A stretch of DNA of 51,268 nucleotides from a virus (lineage: Duplodnaviria; Caudoviricetes). Shown piece by piece: positions 37,353 through 46,830 of the stretch. The position numbers were made by a program, and so were the translations under genes. The stretch spans positions 1-51,268 of IMG/VR virus record IMGVR_UViG_3300011116_001156. One strand, given 5' to 3'. The notes under the pieces were generated by a model. That model was not told the DNA's origin. It worked only from the letters and a program-made list of their open reading frames with translations, and made no database searches. Position 1 is the stretch's first letter. Each line of letters opens with the position of its first letter.

Positions 37353-37445
37353 ATTGTAGTTCCTTTGGTTTGAGTTGAGTGAAGTAGAAGTGACAGTAAG
37401 TACAACCCCCAGGGAGTCACAAGCGGCTGAGTGAGGAAAGGGAAT

Positions 37446-38327
37446 TTACGGTTTGAGCGGAGTGGCTGGTGCTGGCAGTGGCCCACGGCCAAGGACGGCC
37501 TGGAAGTATTCCGCCAGTCCAGTCTCCAGATCATACTCTGGCTTGACTTTCAGTGGCGCGGCGGTTTTCAGATCAATCTGGCCGGTGGTCTGGGTTACGA
37601 TTTTGTGCTTCTTGCCAGAGCCTTGGCCCTGGGACCGGGCTAGCAACGTGTGATTAAAATGCTGCCCGATCTTCGGACTCAGCGCCTTTCCAACTGCCTG
37701 CGGCATTCCGCGAATGGTCTTATCATCCTTCTCGATGTAATCGACATGGCAGATCAGGATGACGTGACAATTGACAGCTTTGGAGACTAGGAGTTCAAGT
37801 GTTCTCTCGATATGGTTCTGCACTTTGAAGTAATCCTGCAGCTGAGGTCCCTCTGTTGCCCGTGCATTGAGAACTAACTCTAGGTAAACGCGAGCGTCAC
37901 AGTATCGGCTGAAGGAGTCAATGGCCAGCACGTCGTTCGGTCCCCAAGCCTCCAGCTTCCCGTACGATTTCTCCCCGTCTTTCCACTCGGTCAACTGGGC
38001 CATGATCTTGTTCCAGGCATCGCCTTTGGGAACTGCTCGACCGTTGATGTTCTGCATCGTTTCCTGGATGGTGACGTAGTTCATCCGCTTGGCCACGTCC
38101 TTCACTTGATCCGCTGTCCACAACCCAGGGAAGGGTTTCTTATAAACTGACGCTGGGTTGGTCAGGTAGTCTTTCAAAATCTGGGCACCCTTGTCCAGGT
38201 CCATGACTCGGACATTATACCCAGCGGCGGCGAGAGAACAGAGACTGCCGGTCTTGCCACTGCCGGAGTCCCCCATGTAAAGCATTTTGATGAAGTCATT
38301 GTCTGGATACTGGTCAATATCGGGCAT
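37446..38327 (-). CDS. AAA_24 / Sak4-like ATPase (recombinase)
   Basis: GDSGSGKT, DLDKG, AIDS, VILICH. Confidence 0.8.
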   Translation of the reverse strand: MPDIDQYPDNDFIKMLYMGDSGSGKTGSLCSLAAAGYNVRVMDLDKGAQILKDYLTNPASVYKKPFPGLWTADQVKDVAKRMNYVTIQETMQNINGRAVPKGDAWNKIMAQLTEWKDGEKSYGKLEAWGPNDVLAIDSFSRYCDARVYLELVLNARATEGPQLQDYFKVQNHIERTLELLVSKAVNCHVILICHVDYIEKDDKTIRGMPQAVGKALSPKIGQHFNHTLLARSQGQGSGKKHKIVTQTTGQIDLKTAAPLKVKPEYDLETGLAEYFQAVLGRGPLPAPATPLKP

Positions 38328-38357
38328 GGAAAGTTTCCTGAGTAAGTTGTTAATAGT

Positions 38358-39353
38358 TCAGATATCGCCACGGCGTTGGAGCGGGTCCCAGGTCCGTTTC
38401 TTAAATCCCGTGTCCAGCCATTGCTGGCGCGAGCCAGGGGAGCGAGAGCAAATAGACTGAAAGTCACACCCGTTGTACTTGCTGCAGGACTCTTCATTCA
38501 TTTCATAGGCAGAGATGGGGTCGCTGCTAGCAGCTGCCTCCTCCGCGCTGTCTTCCATCTTGGATAGCCAACGGCCAGTCCCAGCATAGTACTCATCCAT
38601 CTGGAATTGATCCTTCGTGATCAGGTGCCGGTCAAAGCGACTGTCATTCACCAGCACCTGACACCCGTCGATGATCAGCCCCTTTACCGACTGCTTGTAA
38701 ACAATCTCCCCCGCCAGCAAATACATCCCGAATTGGGTGCTGGGGTTAAAGCTGTTCCAGAATCTCGCGTTCAGCTCGGACTTGGAGGTCTTAATGTCTG
38801 GGATGTACGCATCGCCGTTGAGGGTGGCTAGGCGGTCGAGGTGGCCGCAGAAGAAGAATGGTTCTTTGGTGGTTCGGGTGCTGAACCCAGAGTGAAAGCT
38901 GAACGACAACTCGACCGCTGGTTTGCCATTCGCGAGGATGACTGTCTCGAGGCTGTCCTTCTCCCCATACCGATCCAAATACCAAACCGCTGTCCGAATG
39001 GCTGTGTAGCGATTTTTATAGCTGTCGCCGGAGTCCCAGGGCTTGCCGAGGGCCTTGTTCCAGGTCTGGCGAAGGAGCCAGTCCAGGGTCCAGTCGAGGG
39101 CGTCCTCATGGCTCTTCCCCTGGCTTTTCCCATGCTGGTATCTCTCCGCTGCCCCGTGCATCAGGAGCCCGAAGGTCAGGTGAATGGACTCGCTGCGCGG
39201 CTGATACCCTAGAATAATACTGTAATAATAATACCTCGGGCAGTTCTTATACCCCTTCAAGCTGGTGCTGTCCACGGCCAACTGAAGCCATGGGTTGACC
39301 TTGCTGAAGCTGGTGTTGCTGTTCTCAAACTGGACTGGCATGGGAGGCTCCAA
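38358..39353 (-). CDS. Cas4/RecB-like PD-(D/E)XK exonuclease
   Basis: CPR, FG..MH, GHLDR...DIKT, Q..MY, C-terminal C..Y..C.F..IC. Confidence 0.85.
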   Translation of the reverse strand: MEPPMPVQFENSNTSFSKVNPWLQLAVDSTSLKGYKNCPRYYYYSIILGYQPRSESIHLTFGLLMHGAAERYQHGKSQGKSHEDALDWTLDWLLRQTWNKALGKPWDSGDSYKNRYTAIRTAVWYLDRYGEKDSLETVILANGKPAVELSFSFHSGFSTRTTKEPFFFCGHLDRLATLNGDAYIPDIKTSKSELNARFWNSFNPSTQFGMYLLAGEIVYKQSVKGLIIDGCQVLVNDSRFDRHLITKDQFQMDEYYAGTGRWLSKMEDSAEEAAASSDPISAYEMNEESCSKYNGCDFQSICSRSPGSRQQWLDTGFKKRTWDPLQRRGDI

Positions 39354-39365
39354 ATGGAATGGCTG

Positions 39366-39611
39366 CTAAAGGTCCATATCCGACAGGTCTTTCTTGGCCG
39401 AGCTGCTCAATGGCAACTTCGGAGTCCCTGCCGCCCTGATTGCTGGCTTGACCTTATCCGTTGCCTCGATCCGCGCGCGCTGGGCGCGAAGGAACTCAAT
39501 AATCCGGTCACGATCCTGGCGCTTGAGCCCTTCTGGGTCGCGAGAGAACAGCTCGGTGATGGAGTCAGTTGTGGCTTCAGCCAGGGCGTTGCTTTGGGGA
39601 ATCTCTGACAT
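39366..39611 (-). CDS. Hypothetical protein
   Basis: ELFSRDP motif; ends LSDMDL. Confidence 0.65.
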   Translation of the reverse strand: MSEIPQSNALAEATTDSITELFSRDPEGLKRQDRDRIIEFLRAQRARIEATDKVKPAIRAAGTPKLPLSSSAKKDLSDMDL

Positions 39612-39617
39612 GACTGT

Positions 39618-39860
39618 CTACGCCTCCTCAGGACCGGACTCAGGCGGCCGGGACTGCAGGTCCCGAAGTCTGTCCAACTCTCCATTCGCCTTGGCCCGCA
39701 TCCCGCGAATCCGCTGGTTCACCACATTCTTAATAAACCCGCTGATGCCCAGCGCTGCTCCATGACTCCCGACTCCATAGTTCTGGACGAGCCAAGTCCA
39801 GTCCTCGTCATATATCATGACGTGCCGTCGCGTCTGTGGAAATGGTGCTTTCTTGGACAC
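39618..39860 (-). CDS. Possible ribbon-helix-helix DNA-binding protein
   Basis: Short strand RRHVMIY followed by two helices. Confidence 0.4.
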   Translation of the reverse strand: MSKKAPFPQTRRHVMIYDEDWTWLVQNYGVGSHGAALGISGFIKNVVNQRIRGMRAKANGELDRLRDLQSRPPESGPEEA

Positions 39861-39871
39861 TGGAAGTCCCC

Positions 39872-40144
39872 CTAAAGAGTTATAAGTGAGTTATCGGTTG
39901 GAGTCTCTGGTTCAGTGGCTGGTGCCACTGGCTGTAACTTTTGATTAATAATCAACAACTCCCCGCCGTCAATCCCTGGACTTGCGCGGAACTGAAGTCC
40001 AGCGAGTTCGGGGTCCCCGGTCTCTGCTCTTGCTCGGTAGAATGCTGCCCGTGCTCGGGCGAAGTCATTTGTCGAGACGAGAAGTCCGATTGGCTCGGCC
40101 AGGGCTTGGTACATAATCGCACGAAGTTGGTCCCCTTGGTTCAC
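39872..40144 (-). CDS. Hypothetical protein
   Basis: Operon packing; FYRAR...DPEL motif. Confidence 0.6.
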   Translation of the reverse strand: MNQGDQLRAIMYQALAEPIGLLVSTNDFARARAAFYRARAETGDPELAGLQFRASPGIDGGELLIINQKLQPVAPATEPETPTDNSLITL

Positions 40145-40434
40145 AGCTTGACTGCCCCCTCAATCTTCTTGCTCCAGAGGGCAAATAACTGGCGAATGTC
40201 CCATTTTGTCCAGACAGCCTTTTGCCCGCGAATCTGGAGGGTGAGCAACTTATTCACAATCTCCATAGGAAGGAGCTTCTCCTCCAGGGCAGAACTAATG
40301 GCTCCTGCCATTGCAAAAGCAATCTCATCTGGGTGAAGCTCGCCGGGGGCTTGCCCCGGAGCCTTCGGCTCTTCTACAACCTGAGGCCGACCATCGACAA
40401 TGATCTCCCCGTTGTGGATGACAACATCAGCCAT
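40141..40434 (-). CDS. Hypothetical protein
   Basis: Operon packing. Confidence 0.55.
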   Translation of the reverse strand: MADVVIHNGEIIVDGRPQVVEEPKAPGQAPGELHPDEIAFAMAGAISSALEEKLLPMEIVNKLLTLQIRGQKAVWTKWDIRQLFALWSKKIEGAVKL

Positions 40435-40442
40435 GCTGGGAC

Positions 40443-40916
40443 CTAAAGGTCTGAAAGGCTAAGCGCGCTTCGTCGAGCTTGAACTCTCTGTCTCGCCTCT
40501 TCAATCACTGCTGGCAGCTCTGCATACTGGTTCACCTGGAACTCAATCTGTTCCTCGGTCCAGCTGGCTCCGCCAAGCTCGTCTCGGTTGAGTTCGATCT
40601 GCACTCGTTCTCTGGCGATGACGCGGGCTTCCTCTTCGATGTCTCCCAGCCTGCTCCTTGGCTGCTTCTTCTCCGCGAACTGGTACGCGAGGTCATACTC
40701 GGTCAGCTTGGCCTGAATCTCGACCAGGGTCTCAGTTGGAATCAACTCATTCGGCCCGAGGCCAGCACCGGCTTTCTCCACCATGCTCCGCAAGTTGTTC
40801 TGGATGTTCTCGGAGCGCAGGGAATTGAGTGCCTGGGCCTCAGCCTTGTTGATCACTGTCCCGGCCTGGAACGGCTCGGAGAGGGTAAAAGTGTACCCTT
40901 TAATTCTGATTTTCAT
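40443..40916 (-). CDS. Conserved phage hypothetical protein
   Basis: P..AG......EA.ALN....EN..NN pattern. Confidence 0.65.
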   Translation of the reverse strand: MKIRIKGYTFTLSEPFQAGTVINKAEAQALNSLRSENIQNNLRSMVEKAGAGLGPNELIPTETLVEIQAKLTEYDLAYQFAEKKQPRSRLGDIEEEARVIARERVQIELNRDELGGASWTEEQIEFQVNQYAELPAVIEEARQRVQARRSALSLSDL

Positions 40917-40918
40917 CT

Positions 40919-41176
40919 CTAAGCTACCTTCACAAACTCGAAGCTGTCGTGGACAACAGCTGTGACTACATAAACGTCGGCAAAGTCTTGACCTGGTAAA
41001 GTAAAGTTCATAAAGTCACCTACCACCAATCCGGTGGATGGAAAAGTCTTCACTAACTGTGGCCCTGCCACAAGTGCTGGCTTAATCGGCATCAGCACTC
41101 CCGCGCTCCGCACGATCAATGGTGCCGCCGCGCTGGAGATGATCCCAGCGAGAAATCCTCTGCGAGCAATGTTCAT
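40919..41176 (-). CDS. Small protein with a twin-arginine (Tat)-like signal
   Basis: MNIARRGFLAGIISSAAAPLIVRS. Confidence 0.6.
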   Translation of the reverse strand: MNIARRGFLAGIISSAAAPLIVRSAGVLMPIKPALVAGPQLVKTFPSTGLVVGDFMNFTLPGQDFADVYVVTAVVHDSFEFVKVA

Positions 41177-41386
41177 GGTGAAGGCTTCCTGTGCATGGCC
41201 CGTTATCGTAACGGGGGAAGATGGGAGATTGTAATGGAGGCTGTGGGTTGAGGGAAGGAATTGTTCCGTGGGTCGGATGATGGTATGCCCTACCGTGGGA
41301 CGAGGGAAGGCAAGGGAATGGTCAGCTGGGAATGACGGGGGTTTGTTGTGCAAACGTGGGACGAGGGGACCGTTCCGGTCCCATTC

Positions 41387-41728
41387 TCACAATCCCAAAT
41401 CCTCCAGAGTCTGGGTTGACTTCACCGTCACTGCCACTGTCCGCCTCCTCTCCGCTGCCTCCTCTCGCTGGAGCTGGTCCAACTCCTGTGCCGCGATTAC
41501 CAATGCGCGGAATCCCTCCGGCTCCAGGTTGGTAACAATCACTGGTGCTGGTGCCTTCCCAAACCAGATGGCCCAGTTGCCAGAGCTGAGCACAGCAATC
41601 CTGGTCTGGCAACTGTATTGAATGCTGAGGGCCTCTTGAAGGTCGGGAGGGATTGCTCCCTCCCCCTTCACTTCTTCCTCGAACGGATCACCCTCATCCC
41701 CAGGAAACTTCGGCGCGAGTTCAGTCAT
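41387..41728 (-). CDS. Hypothetical protein ending TLEDLGL
   Basis: ATG 41728 overlaps the upstream stop. Confidence 0.6.
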   Translation of the reverse strand: MTELAPKFPGDEGDPFEEEVKGEGAIPPDLQEALSIQYSCQTRIAVLSSGNWAIWFGKAPAPVIVTNLEPEGFRALVIAAQELDQLQREEAAERRRTVAVTVKSTQTLEDLGL

Positions 41729-41915
41729 TGGCTTGCTCTCTGTGTCCCTGCCGAGACTTCCAACTGACAAGCGCGTCCCAGACCTCAGGTTCGAGATACA
41801 CTCGCTCAGACTCCCGAACGCCGGTACTGGTCCAGATCGCGACCTGCCCATACTCCATCTCGACGTAGACTCCATCCCCTAGGTAGGCTCGAGTGTTATT
41901 AGTAAGGGATTTCAT
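41721..41915 (-). CDS. Small phage protein (YLGDGVY motif)
   Basis: YLGDGVY...G.V......G.....VYLEPEV. Confidence 0.65.
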   Translation of the reverse strand: MKSLTNNTRAYLGDGVYVEMEYGQVAIWTSTGVRESERVYLEPEVWDALVSWKSRQGHREQAND

Positions 41916-42372
41916 CAGACTTCTCCTTCTGCTGCTGGTAGGTGATTAAATTCCCGCTCATCTCGTCGCGAACTGCTAGCAACCGCTGGTGGATCATCTT
42001 ACCAACCGCTGTCTGCATGGTAAATCCTTCGATCATCCCGCTGAGCTGCTGGACCCCGAACCGGAGTTCTCTCTCATCTCGTCGCATACAGCTGATGAGA
42101 CTCTCCCAGACCTCTTTGTTGATCTCGTCCCAGCTACTCCCCTGCTTGAAGCTGATCAACGAGGACAGCTCCCCGACTTTTTTGGTATAGTCTACTCCTT
42201 TCTGGAAATCGTCCGAGCCAGTCAGATAAATACTTCCTCTATCCTCGCTCTTCCAGCTGAACTCGACCAGGATACCTCGGTTATAGCCTAGCTCGTTCTT
42301 GATATACCCTTCCCAGGTATTAATCGCGCCGATCACGTCGAGCTGGGAGATGTCGGTCATAGTAATTGGCAT
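41899..42372 (-). CDS. Hypothetical protein ending DEIPY
   Basis: AAAGGA RBS; SSB-like acidic-aromatic tail. Confidence 0.6.
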   Translation of the reverse strand: MPITMTDISQLDVIGAINTWEGYIKNELGYNRGILVEFSWKSEDRGSIYLTGSDDFQKGVDYTKKVGELSSLISFKQGSSWDEINKEVWESLISCMRRDERELRFGVQQLSGMIEGFTMQTAVGKMIHQRLLAVRDEMSGNLITYQQQKEKSDEIPY

Positions 42373-42601
42373 GGTAGTGGTTCCTTTGAGTGAGAGTGAG
42401 AGTGAGAGTTAAGCGAATGGCCAGCAATTTGTTCCTGTTTTCATGTCCCAGGTAGAGGCTGGCCTTGCCCCTATCTGTCCAACTATGCCCTCAACAATGC
42501 TTGCGATGGACTGGGCCTCCTTGAATATCCGAGTCCGGCGACCGGCAAAGGCACCTTCGGCAATGGCCTTGGCCGAGTTGTAGATCGCGATGTATTGGTC
42601 T

Positions 42602-44173
42602 CTAGTCATTGCTGAAATCCTCCAGATTCGCCTCGATATAAGTATGCTTCGTCCGAGTCTCAATCACATACTTGAGATTATACTCCTGCGCCAGCTGCCG
42701 GTGATCCCCAGCCTTGGCAGCCTCGCGGGCGTACTTGCTCGGGATGCGGAATGGGTCGAGGTGTAGTATCACATCCGCCTCCAGCCCTTTCCACCGATGG
42801 CCAGAGCCCAGGATTACCTGCCCGGACTCGCGTGCGAAGAGCTTGGACAGCATCTGGCGAAGTTCTCCCGCGTTATTGCACCCGGACTCAATGACTGCCA
42901 GCAAGCACTCCCCTCTATCCGTGATCCCAGCGACTTTCTCCTCCTGCCCGTTCGCGCGGGCGAGGCTAGACTCCGAGGTCATCCACTCGTTAATCTTCCC
43001 TGCGCAGAGGTCGCGGGACATTCCATCCTCTGGGCAGATTTTCTTGCTGAGGGCGATCAGTCCCTTCCCCATCTCCCGGCCAAGCATATAGCAGCCAATG
43101 CCAGCCCGAATCAGTCCGAAGGCGAGTGCCAGCAGTGGCCCATTGTTCCGGCAGATCACCCCGACAGTGGCTTGGCTGTGTGGAACCAATGCCTGCACAT
43201 GCTTCCAGTTCCAGCCTTCATCCAGCAGAATCCCGTTGGTTCCCGGCTTGAGCATCGCGATGTGCCCTTCGGTGTTAGTATGCCAGGCTTTGTACCCTGG
43301 GACGTGACCCTGCTGCCGCTCGACAATCAACTTCGGGCAGCGGAAAGTTGTCGCGAGTGTCCGATCAACCCAGCTTTGCTTGATCAGGCGGATTTTGCTG
43401 CTCGCCTCGCTGTCTGCGCCACGAAAGGCATAAATGCTCTGCCTATCATCCCCCACCGCAGTGATCTTTCCGTCGGGGCGGACTGACTTCGCCAGCATCG
43501 CGAGATTGAGCGGGCTCAGGTCCTGTTTCTCATCCACAAAGACGACTGGGAATTGTGGAAACTGCCCGCGAATACAGGCTGAGTAATACACCTGATCGTC
43601 GAAGGAGATGATGCCGGATTGCTCGAGTAGGTTAATGTTCCGCTCCAGGACCTCTCGCGCGAGGTCATACTCAAACTCGAATGCTTCCTGGGTAATCCAA
43701 CGATTGAAGGCAATATCCTCCCAGTTACTCTTGGTGTCTTCCAGCAATGGCGTTCCTCTGTCCCCTGGTGTTATCCCCGCTTGCATCACCCCCTCGACCA
43801 GCGCCTTAATCTCACTCCACTGCTCGCTGCTAAGGTCCACCTTTCGATCCTTCGCCACCTCGCTGACTAACTTGCCGAGCTTCTTCGGCTCGAGCTTGAG
43901 TGGTGTGTTGATGACTCGTGCGACTGCCCCATGGCCCAGCCCGTTGAAAGTTTTGCAGTCGAAGTTGGAGGGCATCTTTTCCTTCAGATCGGTGGCGATT
44001 TTCTTATTAAACGCGATGGCCATTGCAGGCACCTTGACCCTTGGTGCTGCCATCTCGAGGGTTGTGCTTTTCGCACAACCCGCATACGCGTCCACCATCA
44101 CGGAGTCTGGTCCGCTGACCGCTTCAATAACTGCCTGCTGTTCTTCTGTCGGGGGATGGGAGATTTTAGACAA
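42602..44173 (-). CDS. UvrD/Rep-like SF1 helicase
   Basis: AYAGCAKS, VDEKQD, VGDDRQSIYAFRGA, TFRCP, H.WKGLE, YV..TR. Confidence 0.9.
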   Translation of the reverse strand: MSKISHPPTEEQQAVIEAVSGPDSVMVDAYAGCAKSTTLEMAAPRVKVPAMAIAFNKKIATDLKEKMPSNFDCKTFNGLGHGAVARVINTPLKLEPKKLGKLVSEVAKDRKVDLSSEQWSEIKALVEGVMQAGITPGDRGTPLLEDTKSNWEDIAFNRWITQEAFEFEYDLAREVLERNINLLEQSGIISFDDQVYYSACIRGQFPQFPVVFVDEKQDLSPLNLAMLAKSVRPDGKITAVGDDRQSIYAFRGADSEASSKIRLIKQSWVDRTLATTFRCPKLIVERQQGHVPGYKAWHTNTEGHIAMLKPGTNGILLDEGWNWKHVQALVPHSQATVGVICRNNGPLLALAFGLIRAGIGCYMLGREMGKGLIALSKKICPEDGMSRDLCAGKINEWMTSESSLARANGQEEKVAGITDRGECLLAVIESGCNNAGELRQMLSKLFARESGQVILGSGHRWKGLEADVILHLDPFRIPSKYAREAAKAGDHRQLAQEYNLKYVIETRTKHTYIEANLEDFSND

Positions 44174-44266
44174 AACTGTTACTCCTGTTGCATGGAAGGG
44201 AATGGCGAGTGGGAAGATGACAACCAGTAGGGGGACCCCGACTGCGGGCTACTGGTTGCCATCTTG

Positions 44267-44722
44267 CTACTCAGTCACGTCGATGGCAAGTCTGGGGGCT
44301 CCGTCAAGGCCGAAGGCCAGAGTTGGGAAGTATCTGGCTGCTCCAACCTCCCCGTTCCCCATGATCTCCCGGACCTGGACATTGCCGAGCAGGTCTGGCT
44401 CGGACTGTCGCGCCTTGGCGAGTGGCTTTCCATCCTGGGCCGGAATAAACCCTAGTTGAACTGGGCCGGTGGACATGACCTGTTCCAGCGTCATCCCGAC
44501 GTTAGGCAGTTCTTGCTCCAATTCTGCCATTTGGGCTTCGGTCAACAGTGGCTTAAGCCCTACCGGATCGACTAGTTCCAGCACCACCTTCACCGCTGCT
44601 GCATCATACGCATTCTCGTTATCCTCGATCAGCTGGAGCCGGTGCCCTGGCGGCAGCACTGCTAGCAACTGCTTCGCTGGGGGCCGGAAGTGAGCCCCGA
44701 CTATGAGTGTCTGATATTGCAT
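44267..44722 (-). CDS. HIRAN-domain protein
   Basis: IVG.HFR...L.L..D.EN.YD..AVKV...LGFIP. Confidence 0.75.
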   Translation of the reverse strand: MQYQTLIVGAHFRPPAKQLLAVLPPGHRLQLIEDNENAYDAAAVKVVLELVDPVGLKPLLTEAQMAELEQELPNVGMTLEQVMSTGPVQLGFIPAQDGKPLAKARQSEPDLLGNVQVREIMGNGEVGAARYFPTLAFGLDGAPRLAIDVTE

Positions 44723-44747
44723 GGATTTTTTCCTTTGAATGGACTGA

Positions 44748-44963
44748 CTAACCTAACACTGTACGAGTGGCATCGCGAAGGGCGATGTCAGCAGCCTGGT
44801 ATCTGGCCTTGCACTTGTCCCGCAACTCCTGAGTCCGCGCCAATGCCCGCTCCGCTGCCTGCCATTCCTTTTGACTGACCTCGAACTCTTGCTGGGCTTG
44901 GCCCAGGTCGACTGACTTGCTGGTGTTCTTCTTCGCCATTGGTAGTTTCTCCTTTGTTAGCAA
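44748..44963 (-). CDS. Small coiled-coil protein
   Basis: AAGGAG RBS; likely start ATG 44939. Confidence 0.55.
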   Translation of the reverse strand: MLTKEKLPMAKKNTSKSVDLGQAQQEFEVSQKEWQAAERALARTQELRDKCKARYQAADIALRDATRTVLG

Positions 44964-45008
44964 GGGAATGCTCCCGTGCTGGTGTCCAGGTTCCCCCTGG
45001 TTGGGTAG

Positions 45009-45530
45009 TTAATCTTTGTCAGTGGCTGCTGCCAACTCCGCCCACCTTTGCTCATCCTCGCTCGGGGTGGTGGGAACGCATGGTTCAGACAACTCCACTT
45101 CCGCTTTTCCACAACGGCGGCAAAGCCCGAGCGCGACCGCGCCATTGCCGTCTTGGATCACGCGTGGCGCGTCTGCATCGCCGGTTTTGTATAGGTCATG
45201 CTCCCGTGTCGGGGTGGTGGGAACGGGGTCCATCTTGGCGCACGCGCTTTTGCATTCCGGGCAGCACTGTTTCACGGGGAAGCCTTGCCACACCTCCAAC
45301 TGCGTCTCTTGCCACTCGCGGTTGCAGTTCACGCAGCGATGCGTCGGGGTGGGCGTTCCTGGCAGGCGGAAACCGGCGGAGAGGATGGCGTCGGCTTCTT
45401 CACGCCATATTTTGCGCGTTCCCTCGCTGTGATATCGCGTGTCGTACAAATCCTTTATTCGATGAAGCGACAATCTGCTAAACAACAGCCGCGCCAGTTG
45501 CTCACGCTCGTCTGGGGATGGGGTGGTCAT
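45009..45530 (-). CDS. Modular Zn-finger-containing protein
   Basis: CxxC pairs and repeated VPTTP linkers. Confidence 0.6.
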   Translation of the reverse strand: MTTPSPDEREQLARLLFSRLSLHRIKDLYDTRYHSEGTRKIWREEADAILSAGFRLPGTPTPTHRCVNCNREWQETQLEVWQGFPVKQCCPECKSACAKMDPVPTTPTREHDLYKTGDADAPRVIQDGNGAVALGLCRRCGKAEVELSEPCVPTTPSEDEQRWAELAAATDKD

Positions 45531-45721
45531 AGATAAGCCCCCTCGTCTAATTGCTTATCTCTCTGCTCATCATCCATGCAGTTCAGGCAAAGCATGTGCG
45601 GGTTGAACCAAGTTGGACGCGCTGTATAGGACCGCTCACGAAGCCCCGACTTGCCATACGTGCAGTCGCGATTGGCGCACAGTGGATTGGGCACGTCGAT
45701 TTGATCTGGAAGATGTGTCAT
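45527..45721 (-). CDS. Small Cys-containing protein
   Basis: CxxxxC...CxxC; ATGA overlap with the next gene. Confidence 0.5.
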   Translation of the reverse strand: MTHLPDQIDVPNPLCANRDCTYGKSGLRERSYTARPTWFNPHMLCLNCMDDEQRDKQLDEGAYL

Positions 45722-45725
45722 TCTC

Positions 45726-45896
45726 TCACTCCATGTCCTGTGATGTAGGAGAAGGCTTGCCATCCCCTGGTTCAGTTTTTACCTCAGCAACTGTTTGCTC
45801 CTCTCGAGCCTGCTTCCGTCTGGTGTCTGATGCCTCGAACAGCTGTTCCAGTCTTCTCTCCCAGCTGTCTGGGAACTCCCTGCTGAGCCTGCTCAT
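45726..45896 (-). CDS. 56-aa hypothetical protein
   Basis: Hand translation MSRLSREFPDSW...QDME fills a gap. Confidence 0.45.
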   Translation of the reverse strand: MSRLSREFPDSWERRLEQLFEASDTRRKQAREEQTVAEVKTEPGDGKPSPTSQDME

Positions 45897-46144
45897 GGCT
45901 GCGGCTCCACCCGGAGCCCTGCTGCTTCCAGGACTGCAACTGCTGTCGGCGCTGCCACCTTAGCTGCTTTCGCGATGGACTCGAGCTTGGGCCAGGAAAT
46001 CGGCCCTGCCAGGGCAGTTGCTCGGCTTTGCTTTTCCAGATGGTAACTGACCCGGCACCCGCTGCTGCAAAACCGCTTATGCGGCGCGCTGGGCCTGGGC
46101 GAGATTGGACGACCACAGTGGTCGCACTGCTTGCTAGGCGTCAT
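45893..46144 (-). CDS. Zinc-finger protein
   Basis: CDHCG...KRFCSSGCR. Confidence 0.6.
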   Translation of the reverse strand: MTPSKQCDHCGRPISPRPSAPHKRFCSSGCRVSYHLEKQSRATALAGPISWPKLESIAKAAKVAAPTAVAVLEAAGLRVEPQP

Positions 46145-46397
46145 AGGATTCCTCCCTGCGAAGGGTCTCAAAGTCTACACTGAACTGGTCCCGCGTGAGT
46201 TCGTGGAAGTGATGGATATGCCCCTCCAGTTTGATCTGGAGATCATAATACTCAAGCCTGCCGAAGGTCCGCCCGCTGATCCGACAGCGGAGTCCTTTGT
46301 AAAGGACTGGAGCCCAGAGAGGCAGCCTGGGATGGTCGAAGGAGCTGAGCCCTGGACTGGCCCGGTCAAATCGGAGCTGGAGCTGGTGCTGAATCAT
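46134..46397 (-). CDS. Hypothetical protein
   Basis: AAGGAG RBS; begins MIQHQLQLRF. Confidence 0.5.
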   Translation of the reverse strand: MIQHQLQLRFDRASPGLSSFDHPRLPLWAPVLYKGLRCRISGRTFGRLEYYDLQIKLEGHIHHFHELTRDQFSVDFETLRREESYDA

Positions 46398-46399
46398 GG

Positions 46400-46573
46400 C
46401 TAAAGCGTCTCCTTGTAGATTCGATAACAGATATAAAGCGCGGCCCAGAATCCAAGCCAGGCTGAGATGGCAAAAATCAACTGGAGCACTGCCCACCAAT
46501 CGAGCCCGCTGTCGCAGAGGGCTACCAGTTGGCAGGACTTGGAACTGGCTGCTGTGGCTGGTGCTGGTGTCAT
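46400..46573 (-). CDS. 57-aa membrane protein
   Basis: Hand translation ...DWWAVLQLIFAISAWLGFWAALYICYRIYK. Confidence 0.5.
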   Translation of the reverse strand: MTPAPATAASSKSCQLVALCDSGLDWWAVLQLIFAISAWLGFWAALYICYRIYKETL

Positions 46574-46830
46574 ACTGGGAGGCTCCTGAGCTTCTTATAC
46601 GTGAGCGGGCTGGTGCCGCCGATAGCTTTCCAGGCCCTGCGGGCGACTGCGCTGTCCAGGTTCCAGGTGCTCGCCTGGGTCTCGATGGTTACTCGAACTG
46701 AGGTCATGAACCGCTCGAGCCTAGTGCTGTCCCGTGCCCAGTGATACTCTGGCTCGGCCTGGAGAAGTTCGCGATAGACTCGCAGGAACTCCGCCTTGGT
46801 CTTAAACCTGGCTGGTGCTGGTGCTGTCAC
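46570..46830 (-). CDS. Hypothetical protein
   Basis: GAGGAG RBS, GTGA coupling. Confidence 0.55.
   Translation of the reverse strand: MTAPAPARFKTKAEFLRVYRELLQAEPEYHWARDSTRLERFMTSVRVTIETQASTWNLDSAVARRAWKAIGGTSPLTYKKLRSLPV

Noticed and set aside
38358-39353. Cas4-like nuclease as evidence of a CRISPR system
   Set aside because: No array or other cas genes; it sits in a Sak4/SSB recombination module
42388-42409. (GAGAGT)n short tandem repeat
   Set aside because: On the coding strand it is a G-free leader before an AAAGGA RBS, like the one at 37370-37400; probably a simple translational enhancer
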